The position numbers and the translations under genes are program-made. A stretch of DNA of 37,833 nt from Verrucomicrobiia bacterium (GTDB lineage: Bacteria; Verrucomicrobiota; Verrucomicrobiia; Limisphaerales; UBA11358), in assembly GCA_035605035.1 (NCBI GenBank), contig DATNHI010000168.1, positions 1 through 37,833 on the forward strand, in the 5' to 3' direction. Of the stretch, positions 1 to 7,045 are shown in pieces; the first letter of the stretch is position 1, and each line of letters opens with the position of its first letter. A model generated the notes under the pieces. It did no database searches, was not told the origin of the DNA, and saw only the letters and a list, made by a program, of their open reading frames with translations.

Positions 1-459
1 AGCCACGGCGGTAACCTTGCCGAAGAGGTTGGTGGTGACGCGCACCAGACTGACGCTGGCGCCGGTCCACGCGCTCTGCGAGCCACTCGGCGCCTGCCAG
101 AGGCAGGTCAGACCGCAACCTGCGAGACTGGAAACGTAGCCACCGTAGTATGTGCCAGCGGCGATACTCTTCCCGTCCGGCGACCAGGCAAGGGCGGTGG
201 TAGCATAGGGCAGGGTGTTCAGCGTCCTTAGCAGGGTCCCGTTCGTGGACCACAATTTGAGAGTGCCGTCCTCGCTCGAGGACGCAATCATGGTGCCGTC
301 GGGTGAGCAGGCCACGCCGGTAATTCTGGCGGCGTGTCCGCCTTGCATCCACTGCGGTGCCGGGAACGCTTCCACTCTGGCAGGAAAAATGGCCAGCCCC
401 AGGCTGGCGGCAAAGAGGGTCTTTTGCACCCGTTTGGAAAGGAAGAGTTCCAGTTTCAT
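1..459 (-). CDS. secreted WD40-repeat protein, partial (C-terminal part lies left of the window)
   Basis: Absent from the ORF track because it runs off the edge. The minus-strand frame is open from the ATG (complement of 457-459) to nt 1. My translation is MKLELFLSKRVQKTLFAASLGLAIFPARVEAFPAPQWMQGGHAARITGVACSPDGTMIASSSEDGTLKLWSTNGTLLRTLNTLPYATTALAWSPDGKSIAAG... It shows a signal-peptide-like N-terminus followed by canonical WD40 strings (SPDG...D.TLKLW). Confidence 0.6.
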   Translation of the reverse strand, partial: MKLELFLSKRVQKTLFAASLGLAIFPARVEAFPAPQWMQGGHAARITGVACSPDGTMIASSSEDGTLKLWSTNGTLLRTLNTLPYATTALAWSPDGKSIAAGTYYGGYVSSLAGCGLTCLWQAPSGSQSAWTGASVSLVRVTTNLFGKVTAVA

Positions 460-510
460 AATGAGTGGAAATTGAGTTGCGCCGAACGCATCGCGACGCT
501 GGCCGATTGA

Positions 511-1734
511 TCAGGAGTCGATCACGTTGACAATATTACCTTCTCTCGGAGTCGTGCGTATGTTCGCGATTTCATAACCAGCGGTCTGATAAGGATTTGC
601 CGCGTAGGCATAGGAGTTGTGATTCGCAACTTGCTCGCCGATGACTTGAATTTTTCTGTAGTCCCATTCCCCAACGCCCAACTGCCAGAGGTAATTCAAG
701 CAAGCCGGATATGGCATGGAGTAGCCACCAATCGTGTTGAGTTGAACTTTGACATTCGATCCACCCGTCGGTCCCATCAATTCAAGCCCAACGCGGTCCG
801 CCGCCAGAAAATCCTGAGAAGCCACGGCAACTTGCTGGGGTGTGGGGATGGCGGTGCCGCTGACCGGGCCATTTCCCTCCATTCCCTGATAGGCGTCGAT
901 GAGCGCAAAATTCGGGCGGATGCCTAACACGCCCACCAGTCGGCACACGTTGTCGTTCAGCACCTGATAGTCATAAGTTAAGTTTGACCCTGTCCCCGAC
1001 GGAGCCCCGGCGGGGCCGTGCATCGAGGACTTGTCGGCACGGAACCCGGGCTGGGCCCACGTGTCGCCGATGTCAATCACGGGCGCACCCATGCCGATAC
1101 ACTTCGTCGCCATCGTCGCAATGACCGTGTTGTGCGTTTTCAGCGGTGCCGCCGAAATAATGAAATTGTTCGGGTTCAGCAACATTTTGCTGACGCGAAT
1201 GGTTTGCAGTGTGTTCGGCGAGTTTCCACCGCTGTAATTTGAATTGCCATATTTCCAAATCGGGACGCTGGCAAATCCTTCCTGGTTGAGGTCCATCAGC
1301 TTGACGGAATACTTCTTGGGCATATACAAATACCCGATGGCATCATAGCCTTGCATAATGTTGCCTTGGGCGGACGATTCCGCGATGACCACATCGCGCT
1401 TGCCGATGGATTTCAAGAACTCCAGAATGCCATCGGTGAACGCCGGATTGGTGCAAGCCAAGGGAGCTCCATACCACACAAAATTGGGCTTGATGACGAC
1501 GCGCTTGTTCCCGATCGCCGTGGCGATCTGATTCTTGAACAACTGCAACGCCCGGAACGCATTGTCCGCGCGGTCCGGTCCATAGGTCAGGCCGACGGTC
1601 GCCGTGATAGTAGTGCTGTCGTAAGCCTTTGCCACCCCGCCGAAGGTGGCGGCGCGCAAACCCGCGGCTATGCCGATGCCGGTGGCGATGGATTTGCTGA
1701 GGAAATCTCTGCGAGTTGTGCGATGGGAATTCAT
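511..1734 (-). CDS. Tat-signal DUF362-like protein, function unknown
   Basis: ORF track 511..1773; codon 1771-1773 is a TTG. Plausible starts are the ATG at 1768-1770 or, preferred, the ATG at 1732-1734. The preferred start gives MNSHRTTRRDFLSKSIATGIGIAAGLRAATFGGVAKA, a twin-arginine signal. A TATAAT box (complement of 1780-1785) lies upstream. The body (VVIKPNF..., PLKTHN...) recalls DUF362 proteins from memory only. Confidence 0.7.
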   Translation of the reverse strand: MNSHRTTRRDFLSKSIATGIGIAAGLRAATFGGVAKAYDSTTITATVGLTYGPDRADNAFRALQLFKNQIATAIGNKRVVIKPNFVWYGAPLACTNPAFTDGILEFLKSIGKRDVVIAESSAQGNIMQGYDAIGYLYMPKKYSVKLMDLNQEGFASVPIWKYGNSNYSGGNSPNTLQTIRVSKMLLNPNNFIISAAPLKTHNTVIATMATKCIGMGAPVIDIGDTWAQPGFRADKSSMHGPAGAPSGTGSNLTYDYQVLNDNVCRLVGVLGIRPNFALIDAYQGMEGNGPVSGTAIPTPQQVAVASQDFLAADRVGLELMGPTGGSNVKVQLNTIGGYSMPYPACLNYLWQLGVGEWDYRKIQVIGEQVANHNSYAYAANPYQTAGYEIANIRTTPREGNIVNVIDS

Positions 1735-1935
1735 AATACGCAACGGTAATGTGTCGTTTCTAATTCGCATCAAATACTTATTATATCGCGAGTCATATTG
1801 ATAGAAGCATAAACGCGATGAGGAGATTTCGCTTATCCTGTTTTGTCTTATTCAAAGCGTCTTTTGCCATTTCGGACGCAGAACGGATCGGCAAATGACC
1901 CACTGTCCTCGCGACGCCATTCATCGCGTTGAATA

Positions 1936-3156
1936 TCAATTCAAAAGCAGGCGAAAAAATTTTGCGGTATTCGTTGCGGGCAGAACCAGTTGATTCAATC
2001 CGTTTGTGGCTTGTAGTGAGTCGGCAACGTATGTCCAGGCTGCCTGGGCACCCAAGGAATCCGATGCCTGCAACTCGAATCCCGTGGATGGCGCGGGCCA
2101 TGTGAGATAGAAATTGTTTCCAACGGTGCGAGCGGCCAATTTCCGAATCGAGACCGCGCCCGCGACGAGCACCGGAAACGAACACACGTTCGGCTGGCCG
2201 ACCGTGAACAGCGTTTGATATTCCGGACCGCCAAAACAGAGGTTGTTAGGGCGGCTGCCCATCAGAATTTTTCCAATCCGATGTCCGTCCGGTGCAAAAA
2301 TTTCCACGCCGTCTCCGGCGGTGGACCAAATCCGCCCGTCCACGTCACAGCGGAATCCGTCAGCGAAACCGCCGTTGACGGTGCAGAAAATTGCGCCACC
2401 GGTCAGCGTGTTGCTGCTGGTGACGTTATATACCATGATGTTGGTCATGTTCCAATTGATGCCGTCGTCGGCCACATACAATTTGGTTTCATCCGGCGAG
2501 AAGCAGATGCCGTTGGGCCTCTGAAGACCATTTGTAATCACCGGCACCACCGTCGCGCTGCCGTTGATTTGGTAAAAGCGATACACATAGTAGCCGGGTT
2601 GATACCCGGAAGTGCCCAGAGCAATGCCGCTGTCGGATCCCGTGTCGGTGAACCAGATGGAACCGTCTGATTTAATGCAGACATCGTTGGGCGAAATAAA
2701 TTTCAGGCCGTTGCAACTTGTCACCAGCGGAACGATCGTGCCAGTGGATGTCCCCACCACCACGTTGGTGGTCATCACCACCTTGAATCCGCTGCTGCCG
2801 GATTCGCATGAAATCAAACGCTCCTGCCCATCCAGAATGTTGCCGTTGTATTTCGCCCCGGTCGGCTCCAAAAAGTAATCCGAGAGCATATTGTTTGACG
2901 GATCCAGCTCCTTAAGCTTGTTGTTGCCCATGTCGCTGAACACGAGAAATTGGCCGTTGGGAATCCATACCGCCCCTTCAATCTGATAATTATAGATGGC
3001 GTTGGTGGCAAAAACGGCGTTGGTGTTGATTATTTTCTGAAATTCGACCGCATCCGAAATCTGGAACTGGACCGCGCCGGCGATTGGGATGGCAAAAACG
3101 AACAATCCTCCGAGCATCAACCCCTGAAGGCGCATAGAATTTATAATAGCACTCAT
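1936..3156 (-). CDS. secreted SMP-30/gluconolactonase/LRE-family beta-propeller protein with an extra ~70-aa C-terminal module
   Basis: 406-aa ORF with ATG at 3154-3156 and a hydrophobic N-terminus (LMLGGLFVFAIPIAGA). Family-typical strings are present: GAVWIPNGQFLVFSD, DGSIWFTDTG, RPNGICFSPDETKLYVADDG, DGFRCDVDGRIWSTAGDGVEIFAPDG, NLCFGG. The tail after the propeller ends ...TNTAKFFRLLLN. Confidence 0.8.
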   Translation of the reverse strand: MSAIINSMRLQGLMLGGLFVFAIPIAGAVQFQISDAVEFQKIINTNAVFATNAIYNYQIEGAVWIPNGQFLVFSDMGNNKLKELDPSNNMLSDYFLEPTGAKYNGNILDGQERLISCESGSSGFKVVMTTNVVVGTSTGTIVPLVTSCNGLKFISPNDVCIKSDGSIWFTDTGSDSGIALGTSGYQPGYYVYRFYQINGSATVVPVITNGLQRPNGICFSPDETKLYVADDGINWNMTNIMVYNVTSSNTLTGGAIFCTVNGGFADGFRCDVDGRIWSTAGDGVEIFAPDGHRIGKILMGSRPNNLCFGGPEYQTLFTVGQPNVCSFPVLVAGAVSIRKLAARTVGNNFYLTWPAPSTGFELQASDSLGAQAAWTYVADSLQATNGLNQLVLPATNTAKFFRLLLN

Positions 3157-3212
3157 AACTCACATATGAAAGCAACGGCCGGTTTGTTCGCTGAAAAACT
3201 CTTCATCAAAAT

Positions 3213-3923
3213 TTAAGCCGCTTGTGCAACGGTTTTGTTTTTAAGCGTGGCAAAGACGCTCTCAAAAATCCATTTGCCGTCGTCGCTGCCCAGCAGCGGC
3301 TCGCTGGCGCGTTCGGGGTGCGGCATCAGGCCAGCCACGTTGCGGCGTTCGTTGCAGATGCCGGCAATGCTTTGTACTGAACCATTGGGATTGGCTTTGT
3401 CGGTCAGATTTCCGCTCGCATCGCAATAGTGCCACAAGATTTGCCTGCCCAGCTTGAGCCGGGCGAGCGTTTCCTCATCCGCGTAATAGCAGCCTTCGCC
3501 GTGGGCGATGGGAATTTTCAGCCATTTACCCGGCGGAATTTTGTTCGTGAACGGCGAATCGGTCGTCACGGTCTTCAGAAAAATATGCTCGCAATGGAAT
3601 TGCAGGTCGCGGTTGCGGATGAGCGCGCCGGGCAGCAGGCCGGCTTCGGTGAGCACCTGAAAGCCGTTGCAAATGCCGAGCACGAGGCCGCCGCGGTCGG
3701 CGAACTGCTTCACTGCCTGCATCACCGGGCTGAACCGCGCAATCGCGCCGCAACGCAGATAATCGCCGTAACTGAATCCACCGGGCACAATGACCGCGTC
3801 GGCAGCGCCGAGGGAATTTTCCTTGTGCCAGACGTAACGCGCGGAATGGCCGAGCAGGCGGACGGCATGGATGGCGTCCTGGTCGCAGTTCGAAGCGGGA
3901 AACTGTAAAACAGCAAAGTTCAT
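3213..3923 (-). CDS. purQ: phosphoribosylformylglycinamidine synthase, glutaminase subunit PurQ
   Basis: 236 aa. Class-I amidotransferase nucleophile context LGICNGFQ and His/Glu context MPHPER are present. It is colinear with PurQ over its full length and lies immediately downstream of purS on the same strand. Confidence 0.95.
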   Translation of the reverse strand: MNFAVLQFPASNCDQDAIHAVRLLGHSARYVWHKENSLGAADAVIVPGGFSYGDYLRCGAIARFSPVMQAVKQFADRGGLVLGICNGFQVLTEAGLLPGALIRNRDLQFHCEHIFLKTVTTDSPFTNKIPPGKWLKIPIAHGEGCYYADEETLARLKLGRQILWHYCDASGNLTDKANPNGSVQSIAGICNERRNVAGLMPHPERASEPLLGSDDGKWIFESVFATLKNKTVAQAA

Positions 3924-3924
3924 G

Positions 3925-4002
3925 CGATTTACGATTTACGATTTACGATTTACGCGTTGCACCGCCCGGCGGCTCGTCAATCGTAAATCGTATATCGTAA
4001 AT
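3925..4002. repeat. heptamer tandem repeat (CGATTTA x4) plus its inverted copy; a long hairpin in the purS-purQ spacer
   Basis: 3925-3952 is CGATTTA repeated four times exactly. 3982-4002 (CGTAAATCGTATATCGTAAAT) is its reverse complement with 1 mismatch in 21. A 27-nt GC-rich spacer separates them. Confidence 0.85.
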
Positions 4003-4010
4003 TCTTCGGG

Positions 4011-4253
4011 TCATTCAATTTCCAGTTTGTAATCTTCAATGATGGGGTTGCTCAAAAATTTATGCGCCGCGTCGTTCAGCGCCTTCTCAGCGGCGGCCTT
4101 GTCCGCGCCGGGGGCGAGGTCAACCTCGATGTATTTGCCGACATGCACGGCGACGACGCCCCGGTAACCCATTTGTTCGAGGGCGTTCTGGACGGTTTTG
4201 CCCTGCGGATCGAGCACGGCTTTCTTGGGGGTGATGACAATTTTCGCTTTCAT
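4011..4253 (-). CDS. purS: phosphoribosylformylglycinamidine synthase subunit PurS
   Basis: The track ORF 4011..4361 is over-extended. The internal ATG (complement of 4251-4253) gives an 80-aa protein, MKAKIVITPKKAVLDPQGKTVQNALEQMGYRGVVAVHVGKYIEVDL...NPIIEDYKLEIE. This is the typical PurS size and sequence, and it lies adjacent to purQ. Confidence 0.9.
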   Translation of the reverse strand: MKAKIVITPKKAVLDPQGKTVQNALEQMGYRGVVAVHVGKYIEVDLAPGADKAAAEKALNDAAHKFLSNPIIEDYKLEIE

Positions 4254-4359
4254 TCGCGCGCGGGGGAAGGTTGCGAAAAAATCCGCCGCCGGGCGAGCAT
4301 TTTTTGATTTTTGCGCAACAACGTTGAAATTGTGCGCCCGCTGCGCCATTGTTTGGGCC

Positions 4360-5916
4360 ATGGTTGACTCTGAACATCCCGACGTAGCACCGGCTGGCTA
4401 CATCGGCGCGGAACGCAAGGCGCTGGAACCGTGCACCATCGTCATCTTTGGCGCGAGCGGCGATTTGACAGCGCGCAAACTGATTCCGGCGTTTTATCAT
4501 CTTTACAAGGACAAGCTGATGCCGAAGACATTTCGCATTGTCGGCTTCGCGCGGCGCGAAAAAACCGACGACTTGTGGCGGACGGAACTGCGCGCGGCGC
4601 TCGACCAGTTTTCGCGCACCAAACCTGTGGACGACGCCGTCTGGCAGAAATTTGCGGGCAACCTGTCCTATTGCCAGGGCGACGTCACCGACGCGGCCGC
4701 TTACCACAAGCTTGAAGAACTGCTCACCTCGTTTGGCAGCGCACCGTTGCGCGAGAATGTGCTGTTTTACCTGGCCACCCTGCCCAGCCAGTTCGGAACG
4801 GTCATTGAAAACGTGCATCGCGCCGGCCTGCTGCACAAAGAGGGGGCAGGCTGGCAACGCATCGTCGTCGAGAAGCCATTCGGGCACGACCTGGCCTCCG
4901 CGCACGCGTTGAACGCCGAATTGACGCGCTTCGCCCGCGAGCAACAGGTCTGCCGCATTGACCATTACCTCGGCAAGGAAACGGTGGCGAACATCTTGAT
5001 GTTCCGCTTTTCCAATTCGATTTTCGAGCGGTTGTGGAACCGCAACCTGATTGATCACGTGCAAATTACTGTGAGCGAAAAATTCGGCGTCGGCCAGCGC
5101 GGCGGATATTACGAGGAAGCCGGCGCGCTCCGCGACATGGTGCAAAACCACATGCTCCAGGTCCTCGCGCTCATCGCGATGGAACCGCCCGTGTCCCTCG
5201 ACTCCGAATCCATCCGCGATGAAAAGGTGAAGCTGCTCAAATCCATTCGTGCGCTGGGACCCGATGACGTGGCGCGGCAGGTGGTGCGCGGCCAATACTT
5301 CGCCGGCACGGTGGATGGGAAACCGGTGTTGGGCTACCGGCAGGAAGTCAAGGTAAAGCCCGATTCCAACGTTGAAACCTACGTCGCGTTGAAGCTATTC
5401 ATTGACAACTGGCGCTGGTCGGGCGTGCCGTTTTATCTGCGCACGGGCAAATACTTGCCGCAAAGCACGAGCGAAGTGCGGGTCCAATTCCGCCCCACGC
5501 CGCACGTGCTGTTCGCCGCGCAGTTGGGACAGAAACTGGATCCCAATGCCATCGCGTTGCGGCTCCAGCCCAACGAAGGCATTTACCTCCGTTTCAACGG
5601 CAAGGTGCCGGGCATGAGCCTTGGCGTGCGGCCGGTGCGGATGAATTTCAGTTACGACGCCGAGTTCGGCGCTTACACACCCGAAGCCTATGAACGGCTG
5701 CTGCTCGAAGCCATTGCCGGTGACGCCACGTTGTTCATCCGCCGCGACGAAGTGGAAACCGCGTGGCAAATTGTCGATTCCATCCGCGCCGGCTGGAAAG
5801 ACAAGCCGCTGACCAACCGCGAATTTTACGCCGCCGGCACGTGGGGCCCGGTCGCGTCGGACGATTTGCTCGCTCACAGCGGCCACGCCTGGCACGAGCC
5901 TTTGCCGGCGCCATGA
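4360..5916 (+). CDS. zwf: glucose-6-phosphate 1-dehydrogenase
   Basis: ATG at 4360-4362 (MVDSEHP...); the track ORF starts earlier inside purS antisense. Motifs present: IFGASGDLTARKL (NADP site), EKPFG, RIDHYLGKE (active-site signature). The length of ~518 aa is typical. Confidence 0.95.
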   Translation: MVDSEHPDVAPAGYIGAERKALEPCTIVIFGASGDLTARKLIPAFYHLYKDKLMPKTFRIVGFARREKTDDLWRTELRAALDQFSRTKPVDDAVWQKFAGNLSYCQGDVTDAAAYHKLEELLTSFGSAPLRENVLFYLATLPSQFGTVIENVHRAGLLHKEGAGWQRIVVEKPFGHDLASAHALNAELTRFAREQQVCRIDHYLGKETVANILMFRFSNSIFERLWNRNLIDHVQITVSEKFGVGQRGGYYEEAGALRDMVQNHMLQVLALIAMEPPVSLDSESIRDEKVKLLKSIRALGPDDVARQVVRGQYFAGTVDGKPVLGYRQEVKVKPDSNVETYVALKLFIDNWRWSGVPFYLRTGKYLPQSTSEVRVQFRPTPHVLFAAQLGQKLDPNAIALRLQPNEGIYLRFNGKVPGMSLGVRPVRMNFSYDAEFGAYTPEAYERLLLEAIAGDATLFIRRDEVETAWQIVDSIRAGWKDKPLTNREFYAAGTWGPVASDDLLAHSGHAWHEPLPAP

Positions 5917-6761
5917 GAAATTTCGAACTGACTACTTTCGCCACCGCCGAAAACCTGGCCCGCACCGTTGCCGCCAAATGGCTGGACGAAATCGAATCGG
6001 CAAGCCGCGCGGGGAAATGGCATTGCGTCGCGCTGTCTGGCGGGCGCATCACGCAGAAGTTTTTCGCTTCGGTCGTGGAACAGGCAAAAGCCCGAAAAAT
6101 TGGGGACGGCGGCACACCGTCCCTTCCGGGCAATGTGCATTTTTTCTGGGCGGACGAGCGTTGTGTTCCGCCCGAAGACAAGGAGAGTAATTTTCTGCTC
6201 GCGAACGAACTTTTATTTGCGCCGCTGAAAATCTCCGAAAACCAAATCCATCGCATCCGCGGTGAATTGCCGCCGGAGACTGCCGCCGCTCAGGCAGCAG
6301 CGGAAATTCTTCGTATCGTCCCAACTGGCTCTCCCTCTCCTCGACGAGGAGAGGGCCGGGGTGAGGAGGCCGTTTTCACAAATCCAACACCCCTCGCCCC
6401 AACCCTCTCCCCCCTCGGACGGGGCAAGGGAGTTAATTCGCTGCCGGCCCTGGATTTGATTTTTCTCGGCATGGGCGAAGACGGCCATGTGGCGTCTCTG
6501 TTTCCGGGCGAAATGAAAACCGCCGGTTCTGACCAAGCGGTTTATCGCGCTGTAAGAAACTCTCCCAAACCGCCGCCGAATCGCGTTACGCTTGGCTACG
6601 CCGCCATTGCGGCGGCTCGGCAGGTTTGGGTGCTGGTTTCGGGTGCGGGCAAGAAAACGGCGTTGCGCGAATCACTTGATGCCCACGGCGATACGCCCTT
6701 GGCACGAGTGACCAAAATCAGGACACAAACGATAATTTTTAGCGATTTTTTGACAGTTTGA
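5913..6761 (+). CDS. pgl: 6-phosphogluconolactonase, carrying an in-frame repeat-derived insertion
   Basis: ATG at 5913-5915 overlaps the zwf stop (ATGA). Motifs present: ALSGGRI, FFWADERCV, LGMGEDGHVASLFPG, SPKPPPNRVTL. At 282 aa it is longer than I recall for Pgl (~225-250 aa) because of the 6329-6432 insert. Confidence 0.9.
   Translation: MRNFELTTFATAENLARTVAAKWLDEIESASRAGKWHCVALSGGRITQKFFASVVEQAKARKIGDGGTPSLPGNVHFFWADERCVPPEDKESNFLLANELLFAPLKISENQIHRIRGELPPETAAAQAAAEILRIVPTGSPSPRRGEGRGEEAVFTNPTPLAPTLSPLGRGKGVNSLPALDLIFLGMGEDGHVASLFPGEMKTAGSDQAVYRAVRNSPKPPPNRVTLGYAAIAAARQVWVLVSGAGKKTALRESLDAHGDTPLARVTKIRTQTIIFSDFLTV
6329..6432. repeat. ~105-bp palindromic GC-rich element (two inverted half-copies) embedded in frame in pgl
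   Basis: Half 1 has the hairpin CCCTCTCCT-cgacg-AGGAGAGGG (6333-6355) followed by GGCCGGGGTGAGG. Half 2 (about 6389-6432) is a diverged reverse complement (CCTCGCCCCAACCCTCTCC...GGGGCAAGGGAG). It translates as SPSPRRGEGRGEEAVFTNPTPLAPTLSPLGRGKGV. Confidence 0.7.
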
Positions 6762-6965
6762 ACGGTCCAAAAAAAAATAAAAAGTTTTTTGAACAACTTG
6801 CGTTTTCACTCCGTCTATGTCATCGTAGGCATTGAGGATTTCGCTGTTCGTTTAGGGTTGGCATAGAGGTTTTGCTTGTGGCGCGGCTCGAACAGCGACC
6901 CCCAAGTTGGTCGCGCCACCCTTCTGAGCGCCTCGGTGAAGGCGTATAAACCTCGTCACTGCGGG

Positions 6966-6996
6966 GGCCGGACGCAAGTCCGGCCTTTCGCATTTA
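6966..6996 (+). terminator. putative intrinsic terminator / attenuator hairpin between pgl and accA
   Basis: GGCCGGAC-GCAA-GTCCGGCC is an 8-bp GC stem with a GNRA loop (6966-6985), followed by TTTCGCATTTAT. It lies 205 nt after the pgl stop and 60 nt before the accA ATG. The U-tract is interrupted, hence the low confidence. Confidence 0.35.
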
Positions 6997-7045
6997 TACG
7001 ATTCGCATTGAGTAGAAGGAACAAAATGTTTAAGCTTCCCGACGC

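Noticed and set aside
215-475. 86-aa plus-strand ORF at the left edge
   Set aside because: It is the antisense shadow of the edge-truncated WD40 gene, whose minus-strand frame is open across 1-459 and has clear WD40 motifs.
4254-4359. Possible purine/ZTP-type riboswitch in the purS leader (divergent purS-zwf spacer)
   Set aside because: The 106-nt spacer lacks the conserved cores I remember for purine, ZTP or PRPP riboswitches, and it has no convincing multi-stem fold. It is more likely just two divergent promoters.
4120-5295. 391-aa minus-strand ORF covering most of zwf
   Set aside because: It lies antisense to a textbook zwf. Its composition is Arg/Ala/Gly-rich, as is typical of antisense frames in high-GC DNA, and no motifs are present. 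The same reasoning applies to 7907..8902 (antisense of manA), 16297..17118 (antisense of the kinase), 10587..11459, 20330..21052 and the other shadow ORFs in the track.
6859-6875. TGGCAT...TTGC sigma54-like box in the pgl-accA spacer
   Set aside because: The GG-to-GC offset is 14 nt rather than the required 12 (GG at 6860-61, GC at 6874-75), so the -24 and -12 elements are out of register.
6878-6919. tRNA-like or tRNA-fragment appearance (GGCTCGAAC resembles a T-arm; stem closed by GTGGCGCG/CGCGCCAC)
   Set aside because: No consistent cloverleaf can be drawn. The would-be T-stem arms are not complementary, and there is no anticodon arm or D-arm. It is treated only as a generic structured element.
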